Below the pieces are notes generated by a model that had not been told where the DNA came from, made no database searches, and saw only the letters and a program-made list of their open reading frames with translations. Source: an uncultured bacterium (GTDB taxonomy: Bacteria; Chloroflexota; UBA5177; JANWHV01). Taken from it: a stretch of DNA of 64,000 bases. Position numbers and translations under genes: made by a program. The stretch covers positions 352,001 through 416,000 of the forward strand of contig CAWHAE010000009.1 in NCBI GenBank assembly GCA_963827235.1. The letters are read 5' to 3'. Shown here in pieces: positions 1 through 10,911 of the stretch. How positions within the stretch are numbered: position 1 is the first letter of the stretch; each line of letters starts with the position of its first letter.

Positions 1-399
<399 letters not shown>

Positions 400-507
400 C
401 TAGTTGCTTTGGCCATCGGATCGGCTATGGTGGTCATAATAGGGCCATCTGTGCGCTCAATCGGCCGAGGCGCAGAGGACGGAAGAAGGGCTCCTGTGGG
501 TAATGGC

Positions 508-2196
508 ATGAAGAAATCGCGCGGCGCGCCGGAACCATCCGGCGCGCGGTATTATCAAGAGCTGCTCGCCTTGACCCACGAAATGGTGTGGGTCGTCGAT
601 GCGGCGGGCACGGTGCGCTACGCCGGCCCGGCCAGCCAACGCGTGATGGGCTACTCTCCGGAGACTCTAGTAGGCAGCCCGGCCCTGGCGCACGTGCATC
701 CCGAGGACGCGGCGGCCGTACGGGAGGCGTTCGCGCGCGCCGTGGCCGCCGAAGGCAAGGCTGTGTCGGTCACTTTTCGCTGCCGCCATGCCGGCGGATC
801 GTACCGCGTGCTGGAGGCGACGGGACAGAGCCGGCTGAGCGACGGCATCCTGAACGGCCTGGTGGTCAGCGCGCGCGACGTCACCGAGCAGGCTCAGGCC
901 GAAGAGGAGCACCGGGCGCTGCTCGAGCACATCCATGCCTCGCTGGCCGCGCTGGCGAGCCTGGCCGGCGACCTGACACGGATCGACGGCAACGTCGCGG
1001 CAGACGACCACCATGGCCTGACGGAATCGGTGCTGCGCCTGGCCCGCGAGGCGATCGGCGCCCACGCCGTGGCGGTCACCCTGATCGATGCCGGCGGTGC
1101 CTGCCGGACCGGCGCCTGCTCGGGTCTCACTCCCGCGCAGGAACAGGAATGGCGCTCCGGGCGGCCGGGTACCACGCTGCGCGAGCACATGACAGCCGAG
1201 GATCACGAGCGGCTGCGCACGGACGGCGTGCTGGTGCTCGATCTGGACGGCGATCCGCCACGCCGCTTGCCCTGTGGCGTACAGACCGCGCTGCTGGCCG
1301 TTCTCTCGGCCGGCTCGCGGATCGCTGGCGTGCTGGCGCTCGACCTGGGCGCCGCGCACCGCCGCCTGAGCGAGGAGGATCTCCTGCTGGCGCGGGCCGC
1401 GGCCTCGCTGGTGGCACTGGCGGTCGAACGCGACCGATTGGTCCGGGAGTGCGCCGCCACGGCCGCCGAGGAGTTGGCCATGCGCGAGACCGGTCGCCGC
1501 ATGGAAGCCTTTCTGGCCCTGGCCGCGCACGAGCTGCGCACGCCCCTGGCCGCGTCGAGCGGCAACGTGCAGATCGCGCTGCGCCGGCTCGACCTGGAAG
1601 CGAATCGCGGCACGCCCGTGCCCGGCGACCTGAAGATTGTCCTTACGCGGGCCCAGCGCGCCCTCGATCGCCTCAATCTGCTGATCAACGACGTGCTGGA
1701 CGTGGCGCGCCCGCAGGCCGAACAGCTGATAGTGCACCGGGAGCGCTGCGACCTCGCGGTGGTGGTGCGCGAAGCGGCAGAGGAGCTTTCGGCCCTGGCG
1801 CCGGATCGCGTACACATGGACCTGGCGCCGGGACCGCTGCTCTGCGACGCGGACACGGCGCGCATCAGCCAGGTCGTGCACAACTACCTCACTAACGCGC
1901 TGAAGTACGCCCCGGAGGGCAGCCCGATCGAGATCGGCGTGCGCCCGGTGGGCGGCGTGGCGCGCGTGTGGGTGCGCGACCATGGCCCGGGCATACCGGC
2001 GGAAGATCAGGCACGCGTCTGGGAGCGCTTCTATCGCGTGGACGGCATCGCGCACCAACCCGGGACGCGCCCGGGCCTCGGCCTCGGGCTCTACATCAGC
2101 AAGACGATCGTGGAGCAGCACGGCGGTGAGGTGGGCGTGGAAAGCGCGATAGGAGGCGGCTCGACCTTCTGGTTCACCATACCCCTGGCCAATTGA
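508..2196 (+). CDS. PAS/GAF sensor histidine kinase (no adjacent response regulator)
   Basis: PAS (HVHPED), H-box AAHELRTPL, N-box NYLTNALKY, DHGPGIP, GLGLGLYIS. Start uncertain; ATG 508 chosen within ORF 349-2196. Confidence 0.92.
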   Translation: MKKSRGAPEPSGARYYQELLALTHEMVWVVDAAGTVRYAGPASQRVMGYSPETLVGSPALAHVHPEDAAAVREAFARAVAAEGKAVSVTFRCRHAGGSYRVLEATGQSRLSDGILNGLVVSARDVTEQAQAEEEHRALLEHIHASLAALASLAGDLTRIDGNVAADDHHGLTESVLRLAREAIGAHAVAVTLIDAGGACRTGACSGLTPAQEQEWRSGRPGTTLREHMTAEDHERLRTDGVLVLDLDGDPPRRLPCGVQTALLAVLSAGSRIAGVLALDLGAAHRRLSEEDLLLARAAASLVALAVERDRLVRECAATAAEELAMRETGRRMEAFLALAAHELRTPLAASSGNVQIALRRLDLEANRGTPVPGDLKIVLTRAQRALDRLNLLINDVLDVARPQAEQLIVHRERCDLAVVVREAAEELSALAPDRVHMDLAPGPLLCDADTARISQVVHNYLTNALKYAPEGSPIEIGVRPVGGVARVWVRDHGPGIPAEDQARVWERFYRVDGIAHQPGTRPGLGLGLYISKTIVEQHGGEVGVESAIGGGSTFWFTIPLAN

Positions 2197-2544
2197 ACGT
2201 TCCCGGACCGTTGTGGGTCGTTTGCCGTGTTCCGTGCCCTTCCAGCCCGGCGTCCCAGAGGCCCGGCTAAAGGCTATCCACGCCGGGGCTCATAGTGGCA
2301 GTGAAGGCGCACTCCGCCCCTGCGGGTCCGAGCCTGGCCCGGGCAATGGCGGGCCATGAGGACTCCTGCGAGCGGGTATCCGGCGCTGAAGACGCGGGGC
2401 GTCGACGGCCATGGGTATGACTGGCGGCCCGCCGCTGTCGATCCGCGAGAGATGTGCCCGCAAATGTGACCGTTCTTCGTGTTCCCGGTGCGAGACCCGA
2501 GCAATGCTTGGCGTATCGGGTCCAGGCCAGAAAGGAGCACGACC

Positions 2545-2976
2545 ATGCACCTCGCGCGCTGCGGCGCGCGCCGGTTCAGGAACGCTACATGCCTCGTCCT
2601 CGCCGTGATCGCCGGCCAGCTCGGCGCCTACCCTGCTCGCGCGGCCGGTTCGCCTGCAACCTTCGCGGTTAAGGTCACACCATCGGACGCGGGCCAGGGC
2701 GATTTCGTCGTGATCAGCGGCACCTCGGTGGTCGACAGCAGAACGCCCGAGGTCAAGATCACCGTGGTCGCGCCGGGAACATCAGGCACGACCACGATGA
2801 CAATGCCTGCTGCCGCGGCTGTGCGACACGTGAGCCCTCCCGTACCCGTTCTTCGTGGCCGGCTACGATCTGCCGGCGAAGACTGGAGCCGCACACGATC
2901 CCGCCTCTACTGCAGGTATAGCCGAGCACCGGCGAATGGCAAAGGAGCGGAGGGCGGAAGCGTACCTGAAATCTGA
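2545..2976 (+). other. Possible exported protein or its 5' remnant
   Basis: RBS AAGGAG, then a signal-peptide-like N-terminus (LVLAVIAGQLGAYPARA) and a beta-rich stretch that degrades into R-rich, non-protein-like sequence. Confidence 0.35.
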
Positions 2977-3292
2977 TCCAGCGCTTGGATCCGTCGATCC
3001 TGGGACTGCGGCCGTTTCCGGACGTGCCCGCTATGGCTTCCATCGTCGCCAGACGACAAGCCGCTCCGTCACCGTGTCCGCGTGGGCCGGCGGCGCGCAG
3101 CGCTCGCGGCATGGAAGCCGCCGCCTGCCTGTGCTTCGACCCGCCGCGCGCTCCGTAAAGAGCATCCCGGCACCGAGCAGCGACGCGCGAACGCCGGTCC
3201 GGGCGCCATTGCCCGGACCGGCGTTCTCCGCCGCGTGAGCCTGCCCGGCCGCACGCGAGCCGCGCGCCCGTTGAGCCGGAAGACCGGCCCGC

Positions 3293-3676
3293 TCAGGCTT
3301 GCCGTTGCATCGGCGTGAAGAGGGCGATGTGGTTCCCGGCCGGATCCGCGAACACACCCCACCAGCCCACGTGCGGGATCTCCGATTTGCCCAGCACGAT
3401 CCGGCCGCCGTGCGCCGCCACCTGGCGCAGCGACTCCTCGATGTCGTCGCTGGCCAGGTACAGCAGCACGCTGCCGATCTTGTAGTCGAACCCCATGTCC
3501 CCTGCGGGTCCGGCTTTGACGAAGCCGCCACCGGGACCGCCCTCGACCTGGAACATGGTGTAGTCATACGTGGCATCGGTCGTGATGCCCCAACCGAACA
3601 CGTCGGCATAGAACTTGCCTGCCGCCTTGGGGTCGTCCGCCGGGAGCTCGATGTGCACTACTGGATGGCCCGCCAT
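3293..3676 (-). CDS. VOC/glyoxalase family protein
   Basis: MAGHPVVHIELPADD..FYADVFGW..GWWGVFADPAGNHIAL; RBS GAGGAG. Confidence 0.9.
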   Translation of the reverse strand: MAGHPVVHIELPADDPKAAGKFYADVFGWGITTDATYDYTMFQVEGGPGGGFVKAGPAGDMGFDYKIGSVLLYLASDDIEESLRQVAAHGGRIVLGKSEIPHVGWWGVFADPAGNHIALFTPMQRQA

Positions 3677-4036
3677 CGATTCTGTCTCCTCATCCGCTGC
3701 TACTCCGCCAACTGCGAACTCGACGTCGCCCATCTATAGTAGGACATGGGTTCTAACAGATCAAGCACTTTCTCGACGCCGCATTCGCTTGTTTCATTCC
3801 CCCCATCTCCCGTTCAGCCGGCCGCAGCCCGGGGCACCCACCGCAATGGGTCGCTCCCTGCCGTCCTGCCGCCGCTGGAGGTCATCTTCTCCTGTCAGCC
3901 CGGGACCGCAGTCCCACCTCTGCTGCCATGACGAGTGCTATCGCAGGCTTGGTCCCCTAACCGTGCGCTACATTGGCAGAGACGGCTCTTCTGTCAACAC
4001 CATGGCGAGACGTTGGAAAAGGAGTGGAGTTTCATA

Positions 4037-5116
4037 ATGCCCGAAGATCGACAATTCCGCGTGGCCGTCGTCGGACTCAGAGTGGGCGTCAACATGCTCG
4101 ACGCCCTGGCGTCTCATCCCCGGGCGAAGGTCGTGTCCATCTGCGACACCGATGAGCCACGCCTCCGTGAGCTGGCGGATCAGTACGGTATCGGACGTAT
4201 CTACCTCGATTACGGGCAGATGCTGGAGAGCGAGCAGCTCGACGGCGTCTGCATCGCCACCCCCAATCGCCTGCACGTCCCCATGGCGCGCCTGGCTTTG
4301 GAGCGCGGGCTGCACGTCATGTGCGAGAAGCCGCTCGCCCTCTCCACGCAGGATGCTCGGGACCTTCTGCTCCTCGCCCGCCGGAAAGGCGTCACGCACG
4401 CCGTCAACTTCAGCAACTGGACCAACCCGGCCGTGCGCTACGTCAAAGACCTGATCGATGCCGGCGAGCTCGGGCGCATCTACCAGGCCCATCTTGCCTA
4501 CCTGCAGGACTGGCTGGCCGACGCGACGGCTCCCTACTCGTGGCGGAACAGCAAGGCCGACAGCGGTACCGGAGCGCTCGGCGATCTCGGCTCGCACGTG
4601 ATCGACCTCGGGCGGCTCTTTGCCGGCGAGATCGGCTCTGTCAGCGCCACGCTGGCCGTCATCATCGCCGAGCGGCACAGCCCCGACGGCTCGCTACGCC
4701 GCGTCGACGCCGACGACCTCGTGGACATGCAGATACGCTTCCGCTCCGGCACGCTCGCCTCGCTGCGCGTCAGTCGCGTGGCGCGCGGCTTCGGAGACTA
4801 CCGCCGCATAGAGCTCTACGGCGAGCGGAGCGCGCTCATCCTGGAGATCGATAGCAACGTGATTCGCGTCACGCGTGCCGACGAGGCCAACTTGATGACG
4901 GGACGCGACTTCCGCCTCGTCTTCGCCCGCGACGCCCGGCGAGGAGAAGGCCGCTGGACGGGAAACACCATCGCCTGGGCCGATGCTGCCCTCGAGGGGC
5001 GCCCCTTCTCCCCCAACTTCGAGGACGGCCTGCGGTGCCAGCAGGTCATCGACGCCGCGGTCAGGTCGGATGCCGAGAGGCGATGGATTGATCTTCCTGC
5101 CGATGAGCAGTCCTGA
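4037..5116 (+). CDS. Gfo/Idh/MocA family oxidoreductase
   Basis: IATPNRLH, HVMCEKPLA, GALGDLGSHVID motifs. Confidence 0.92.
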   Translation: MPEDRQFRVAVVGLRVGVNMLDALASHPRAKVVSICDTDEPRLRELADQYGIGRIYLDYGQMLESEQLDGVCIATPNRLHVPMARLALERGLHVMCEKPLALSTQDARDLLLLARRKGVTHAVNFSNWTNPAVRYVKDLIDAGELGRIYQAHLAYLQDWLADATAPYSWRNSKADSGTGALGDLGSHVIDLGRLFAGEIGSVSATLAVIIAERHSPDGSLRRVDADDLVDMQIRFRSGTLASLRVSRVARGFGDYRRIELYGERSALILEIDSNVIRVTRADEANLMTGRDFRLVFARDARRGEGRWTGNTIAWADAALEGRPFSPNFEDGLRCQQVIDAAVRSDAERRWIDLPADEQS

Positions 5117-5126
5117 AGAGGAACGC

Positions 5127-5441
5127 ATGATGAGCGCGCCAGTCAAGGCCACCGCGTGGGGCGAGTTCTTCGACATCCCCCAGCCCGACGAGTTCGTCTT
5201 CATCAGCTCGTTCTCCGGCGGCGAAGTGTTCCGCGGCGGCTGCTGCTTCAAGCGCGGCAGTGGTCGCATCTTCTACTTCGGCCCCGGGCACGAGACCTTC
5301 CCCATCTACCACCAGACGCCGGTCCAGCGGGTCATAGCCAATGCCGTCCGCTGGGCGGCAGCGCCCCAGCGGCACCACGTGAACAGGGCGGAAGACGCGC
5401 TGCCCGTGGGCTGGTTCGAAGGGCATCATCCGGGGGATTGA
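5127..5441 (+). pseudogene. ThuA-like (trehalose utilisation) gene with a large in-frame internal deletion
   Basis: N-terminal KATAWGE joined directly to the C-terminal block GEFFDIPQPDEFVFISSFSGGEVFRGG..FYFGPGHETFPIYH..VIANAVRWA. Only 104 aa; the central region is absent. Confidence 0.75.
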
Positions 5442-5599
5442 AGCCGGACCGCGCTGATGATACCGTGCGGCTGATACGGATGGGTGGCTCCTGGAGCAGG
5501 TTATCGCCCGCTCTCCGGCCGTCTCCGGGCATTGTGCTCGCCGCGCGGCGAGCACAATGCCGCGGCACGCGAGCCGCGATCCCAGGAGTGGAGGCGCTG

Positions 5600-6784
5600 A
5601 TGAGCACGCCGGTACCGATCCGCTTGCGGTCAGCCGCGGCGCCCGCGGCGCGCGGGCTGGTCGGGCGCCTCACGTTCACCGGACTGCTGCTCAGCGCGCT
5701 GGCCGCGCTCGCCGTCCTGGTCGCCTTCAGCCGGCGCTCCGGCGGCTACGGCGTGGACTGGCTGACCTTCTTCAGCGCGGCGGAGCGCTGGCGCGACGGC
5801 GGTAAGGTCTACACGGTCGCTGCCGGGTTCTTCAACCCGCCGCCTACCTTGCTGCCGCTTCGCCTGGCCATCGCGCTTCCCTACGACGTGTCGTGCGTCC
5901 TCTGGGGTATCCTCTCCCAGATCATGCTGCTGGCATCCGCCGTCGTCACGGCCCGGGCGTTTGATTGGACGCCGAGCCTGAAGGAGCAGGTACTGGGCGC
6001 CTGGTGGATCCTCGCCTCCGCCCCGGCTCTGCTTCTGGTACCGGTCACCGGCAACCTGTCCGCCCCCGTGCTCCTCTCCCTCGCCTGCGCGCTCGCCCTA
6101 TTCCGGCACGACCACGAAGTACTGGCAGGCGCCGTGCTGGCCGGCACGCTCGTCAAGCCGCAGCTCGCCATGCTCGCCGTGCTGCTCTTGCTCTACAAAC
6201 GGCGCCGGCGGGCGGTCGCCGGTCTCGCCCTGGCCGTCGCCGGTGCCGGTGCCGTCACGCTGCCGTTCACCGGACTGAAAGTGTTCGCCGACTACGCCGG
6301 GGTGCAGCGTTCCGTTGCCGGCTGGTCCAGCAACAACGATGCCCTGCAGCTCGACGTGCCGGGCATCCACGGCATGCTGCTGCAGCGCTGGCCCCACGTG
6401 CCCGCGGCGGAATGGGCGGCGGACGCCGCCATGCTGCTCGTCGTACTGGCACTCGCCCTCTACTGGCGCGGCCCGTGGCTGCCACGAAGCAGACGCTTCG
6501 CTATCGGCTGGGCTCAAGTGATCCTGGCGACCTTACTGGTCACCAGCTTCGCCCACAGCTACGACCTGGTCCTGCTCATCGTGCCTGCCGTCGCCCTCTA
6601 TGCCACCCACCTGCGGCCCGGGCGTGCCGGCGGCGAGCTGCGGCGGTGGCTGCTTCCCGTCCTGGTCGCCGTCTACGTCGCCCCTTATCTGGTACTGCTC
6701 TACAGGCACCACTTCCTCGTGCCCGTCATGCTGGCTGCCTTCGCCCTGCTCTGGCGCGTGGCGGCAGCCGCCGAGGACGGATAG
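5600..6784 (+). CDS. GT87/DUF2029-like multi-TM glycosyltransferase (GT-C fold)
   Basis: DW..F near the N-terminus, FFNPP, GN, VKPQL, HSYDL motifs and many TM segments. Confidence 0.82.
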   Translation: MSTPVPIRLRSAAAPAARGLVGRLTFTGLLLSALAALAVLVAFSRRSGGYGVDWLTFFSAAERWRDGGKVYTVAAGFFNPPPTLLPLRLAIALPYDVSCVLWGILSQIMLLASAVVTARAFDWTPSLKEQVLGAWWILASAPALLLVPVTGNLSAPVLLSLACALALFRHDHEVLAGAVLAGTLVKPQLAMLAVLLLLYKRRRRAVAGLALAVAGAGAVTLPFTGLKVFADYAGVQRSVAGWSSNNDALQLDVPGIHGMLLQRWPHVPAAEWAADAAMLLVVLALALYWRGPWLPRSRRFAIGWAQVILATLLVTSFAHSYDLVLLIVPAVALYATHLRPGRAGGELRRWLLPVLVAVYVAPYLVLLYRHHFLVPVMLAAFALLWRVAAAAEDG

Positions 6785-6937
6785 ACGCAGGCTACGTCTT
6801 GGCCGCAACGGTGGTAGGTGCATCCACGGCGCCCACGATGCCCAAGCGCTGAGCCTGTTTCCCGCTTATCTGAACCGCTGTGGCCGGGAGGCCTGACCGG
6901 CATTGCAGCGCTGCATGGAGTAATGGGTCACTGCACC

Positions 6938-7558
6938 CTACCGCGAGCGCCAGTCCAGCCGCGACGTAACCAGGTAGCTGCTGCCTGCGGCAAATATGAT
7001 CATGACCATGATGTCAATCAGGTGATTGGAGCTCAGCTGCCCCTGCAGAGCCCGGCGAGGCGCGTCGGCCGCATGGGTCGGCGGCAGTACGGTGCCGGTG
7101 ACGCGCAGCACACCCGGCAGCGCGGAAGCTGGCACGAGAACCGGCGAGAGGAACATCACCACGACCAGTGCCAGGTTGGTGATCACTCCTGCTACCTGTT
7201 GATTCGGCGACAGCACGCCGATCATGGCGCCGACTCCGCTCAAGGTCAGCGGCGCAAGCAGCAGCACCAGCACGGCCAACACGTTGGGGCTGAAAGTGAC
7301 ATGGAATATGAGCGCGCCCAGGATGGGCAGCAGTATCATCCCGGGAATCGCGCAGCAACAATGTGCCGGAGTCCGGTCGCAGGATACCCGTGAGCTGCCC
7401 GACCAGCGTCGTCTTGCCGGCCCCGTTGGGACCCAACAGGCCAAAGACCTCCCGGCCGCGATCTCGAAGGTTGGTCCGTCGTTCGCGCGCACTTTGCCGA
7501 GCTTGTAGGTCTTCACCAGGTCGCGCAGGACGTAAACATGGGTAGAAGCAGTGCTCAT
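6938..7558 (-). pseudogene. Collapsed ABC exporter: ATPase N-terminus fused to ABC-2 permease C-terminus
   Basis: LRDLVKTY..RAND, frameshift near 7450, Walker A GLLGPNGAGKTTL, then a jump near 7350 to the permease C-terminus (MFLSPVLVP..LP..LPPTHAADA). Confidence 0.8.
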
Positions 7559-7727
7559 TCCGCGGTGCAGTGCACACCAGCGCCATCTGGTCGCAACCGG
7601 AGGTTCCGGCTCTCACCGCCCGATGCGCCGCCCAGGCCCAGGCCAAGTTGCAACCCGCGCCGGGATCGCAGCCCACCCTCTGCTCACATGCGATCGCGAT
7701 CGCAGGCCACCACCCCCTCTGGAGGGG

Positions 7728-9077
7728 CTACGTGTTGAACACCACGTAGTGGAAGACCCGCTTTGACTGCGCCGTGCCGGACGGCGTGGCGGCTTTGATG
7801 GTGAGCGTGGCCAGGCCCGGCGTGTACGGCGTCACCTTGATCTTGATGTTCAACGAGACGGATCCCGCCGCTCCCATCGTCTTGTCGGTGCTCGAAGTGA
7901 AGACGGTGGTCGTGCCGCCGTTGCTGCCGGCTGCCGTGATCACCAGGTCCACGTGCACTTTCGTACCCGGGCGGCCCTTGGCAAAGATGGCCACCACGTT
8001 GCGATCGAACTCGGGGCGCACGATGCTGACCAGGGCGCCGATCTTCGGCGTGGGCGTGGCCGTCACGGTCGGCGTCCTCGTGCGCGTCGCGGTCGAGGTG
8101 GGCGGCGCCGGTGTAAAGGTGGCGGTGGGAGTCTGCGTGCTGGTAGCGCTGGCCGGCACAGGAGTGCTGCTGGCCGTCGCCGTGGCCCCGATCGTGGGTG
8201 TGCCGGTAGCGGTCGCGCTGGGTGTGGCGGAGAGGGCCGCCGTGGCCGTTGCGGTCGCCTGCGCGGTCACCTGGAACGAGGCGGTGAGGTCCTCTAGTGC
8301 CCCGCCCAAGGCGCTCTGGATGATCAGCTCGAAGGTGTGCGTACCCAGTGCAGTGGCTGCCGGGATCGTATAGGAGTATGACGAACCCGTGTTGCAGCTC
8401 ACGCCGAAGCCGTTTCCGCCGCTGCTCGTGCACGGCGCCAGCGTAGGCGCCGGCGAGATTGCCGTCTTGTCGAACGTCAGGCTGAGCGAGGTACCGCCGG
8501 TGAGCAGGGCGAGCGAGGGGATGTTGATCGCGCTCAGCGATACCGCGCTTGCCGCCGGGCCGGAAGTAGGATTGGCGATCAGCGAGGCCGGGCTGAGCAC
8601 GGTGAACGTGGCCGTGAGGTCCAGAGGACTGACGCCGGGTATCGTGCTCGTGAGCTCAAAGGTATGGCTTCCGGGTGCCGTGCCGGCCGGAATGACGTAG
8701 CTATAGGCCGAATTTGCGCTGCACTGGCTGCCGAAGCCGATGAAGTTGGTGCTTGTGCAGCCGGTGAACGTGGGAGTGGGCGAGATCGCCGTCTTGTCGA
8801 AGGTCAGGCTGATCGTGCCTTGATTATAGATTCCCTGGATGTTGACGGCGCTCAGCGAGACGGTGCTGCCCGCCGTTCCGGAGGTGGGCGATACGGTCAT
8901 GGTCGGCGAAACCGCCGCCACCGCCACGCCGGTCCGCTGGCGCGCGGTCCACAGGGCCTGCGAGGAAACCAGGAGCGCGAGCACCGCGACAATCGCCACG
9001 TATCGCGGTCCTCTGCCGGACGGGCCGTGCAGGCGCCGGCGGTGAGTCGACAGTTCGGGGATCCGCTGGTCATTCAT
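7728..9077 (-). CDS. Exported protein with two ~100-aa beta-rich repeats, a T/A/P-rich linker and a C-terminal beta domain
   Basis: Hydrophobic N-terminal segment; repeat PTSG.A.S.VSLSA.NI..SLTFDKTAISP.PT..C..GFG..C..YSY.IPA.TA.G.HTFEL occurs twice. Confidence 0.8.
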   Translation of the reverse strand: MNDQRIPELSTHRRRLHGPSGRGPRYVAIVAVLALLVSSQALWTARQRTGVAVAAVSPTMTVSPTSGTAGSTVSLSAVNIQGIYNQGTISLTFDKTAISPTPTFTGCTSTNFIGFGSQCSANSAYSYVIPAGTAPGSHTFELTSTIPGVSPLDLTATFTVLSPASLIANPTSGPAASAVSLSAINIPSLALLTGGTSLSLTFDKTAISPAPTLAPCTSSGGNGFGVSCNTGSSYSYTIPAATALGTHTFELIIQSALGGALEDLTASFQVTAQATATATAALSATPSATATGTPTIGATATASSTPVPASATSTQTPTATFTPAPPTSTATRTRTPTVTATPTPKIGALVSIVRPEFDRNVVAIFAKGRPGTKVHVDLVITAAGSNGGTTTVFTSSTDKTMGAAGSVSLNIKIKVTPYTPGLATLTIKAATPSGTAQSKRVFHYVVFNT

Positions 9078-9429
9078 CCTGCCCCTCCTCGATCGGACCT
9101 TGTCTACACGATCGCCCGCCGGGTGGAGAGCCGCGCTCTCCGCCGGTAAGCGGCGGCCACTGCTACCCCTATCCTAGGCTATGCTCGCGCGAGTGTGAAC
9201 CCTGCAGGACACGATGTCACTGCCAGTGTGCCACAAGATGGTTCCCTACGCTATCGCCCCCGTCCACCAGGGCGAGCCTGGATAGTGATCCTGCCTGTTG
9301 GCGAAATCCAAAGGGCCCCACACCCGGGACCGCGGACATCTCGTGCGCCCTCGTGAGCCAGGTGGACGGGTCGAGCCACGGTGCCGCCCAGCCACGGGAC
9401 CATAGCCTCGGGCAGTACGGACGCCCATC

Positions 9430-10911
9430 TCATGACGCCTTCAGACGCACCACGGCCACGGACCAGGGCGGTATGGAGATCCGCGATCCGCTAAGACGTG
9501 CATGCCGTACGGCGCCGGCGCCGTCCGCCCGGCTGGAGTCCGGCGCGATCCACCACATCTCGGCGGCACTGCCCGATCCCGCCTGCAGGTCGACGCTCTG
9601 CGCCTTCTTGCCGTCCAGGTTTACCAGCAGGAGGCGCCTCTCGCCCGTGTCCGTCGTGGCGCCCGCGGCAAGAACGCCGGCCTTCGTGGCCCCGCTGCCG
9701 AGTTGGACCGCCACGGGATGCGTGCCGAAGTAGCGCCCGAGCAGTGTGTAGACGTCGATTGCCGAGCGTGGCGCGGAGGTTGCTATGTCGAACGGCTCCT
9801 GCGCCGGGCCGAACATGGGCGCCTCGACGGCCATGGCGATCGGATTGTCGCCGCCGGCGTCATCCCACACACGGGCCAGCAGGGCGGCGGTGAACAGGGC
9901 CTGCGCGTATCCGCCGTAGACGCTCGGCTCGTTCAGCCCTGTATTCGCGTCGATAGACCAGCGCCCGATGAAGATCTTGATCGAGCTCGACTGGTCGAAT
10001 TGCTGCAGACCTTCACGCAGGCTCTCGAGCCAGGCGTCCACGCCGGGCCGGTCGCCATAGCCGTTCTCCACGGCCTGCACGATGTCCTGCACGCCCAGCG
10101 TGTGGCTTCCGGACGAGTAGATCAGCGGCGCGTAGTGCGTGTCGACGCCGCCGTGGGCCAGGGCATCGATCCAGCTCTCGTCGGTGGCGCCGGTAATGAA
10201 CTCGTCGGCCACGATCTTGATTGGATGCTGCCGGTAGTACGGCGCCGCCAGCACCATCGCCGCCTTGTACGACGTGACGAGCGCCGCATACTGGTCCGGA
10301 GTAGCCATGGAGGAGTCGCTCGGCTGGCGCTGTTTGAGCGGAATGGCAAAGTGCGACCAGGTCGCCGGAGAATCGCCGATCTCCCAATAAGGGTCCGGGC
10401 AATCCTGGTCCGGCGCGTGCGCGCAGTGCTGCCAGTAGAAGGCGACCAGCTGCGCGGCCTGCTGTGGATCGTCGATCTCGCCGTTCACCGCGATCAGCGG
10501 CTGCGCCCCGACCTGACCGGCAAAGGCCATGAACTGGTCCAGCGGGCTGCCGTGTCCGGCCCGGTTATAGCAGTCGGGCCGCGTCCCCGTGGAGCCGTAC
10601 ACGCAGCCCTGCTGCCAGTCGTAGTCGTCGGCATGCGTGTCGAGAAAACGGAGTACCTGGAGGCGCGCCGCGCGTATCGGCCCCGCCAGGGAATTGCTGG
10701 GAATGTCGCCCAGGCCGATGCCCAGTCCCAGGGCCATCGTGCCCGAGATGCCGGAGGTTAGCTCGAGCACCAGGGCACGGGCTGGAAGCGCGGGAGGCTG
10801 TGCCGGCTGTCCGGAAAACAGCGTCACGCCAAAGATCGAGGCCAGGAACAGGCCGGCCAGCGCGACCAGCGCCGCGGATACCGCGAAAGCAACAACCTGT
10901 TGCCGCCGCAT
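9430..10911 (-). CDS. Membrane-anchored/exported clan GH-A-like protein (GH44/51/79-like), probably non-catalytic
   Basis: DQFMAFAGQVGAQPLIAVN, YWEIGDSP (vs WEIGNEP), IFIGRWS (vs ITEW), C-terminal LLLVN beta-sandwich; N-terminal TM helix. Confidence 0.7.
   Translation of the reverse strand: MRRQQVVAFAVSAALVALAGLFLASIFGVTLFSGQPAQPPALPARALVLELTSGISGTMALGLGIGLGDIPSNSLAGPIRAARLQVLRFLDTHADDYDWQQGCVYGSTGTRPDCYNRAGHGSPLDQFMAFAGQVGAQPLIAVNGEIDDPQQAAQLVAFYWQHCAHAPDQDCPDPYWEIGDSPATWSHFAIPLKQRQPSDSSMATPDQYAALVTSYKAAMVLAAPYYRQHPIKIVADEFITGATDESWIDALAHGGVDTHYAPLIYSSGSHTLGVQDIVQAVENGYGDRPGVDAWLESLREGLQQFDQSSSIKIFIGRWSIDANTGLNEPSVYGGYAQALFTAALLARVWDDAGGDNPIAMAVEAPMFGPAQEPFDIATSAPRSAIDVYTLLGRYFGTHPVAVQLGSGATKAGVLAAGATTDTGERRLLLVNLDGKKAQSVDLQAGSGSAAEMWWIAPDSSRADGAGAVRHARLSGSRISIPPWSVAVVRLKAS

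Noticed and set aside
8040-8270. Low-complexity repeat tract as a DNA repeat element
   Set aside because: It encodes the Thr/Ala/Pro linker of the 7728-9077 protein.
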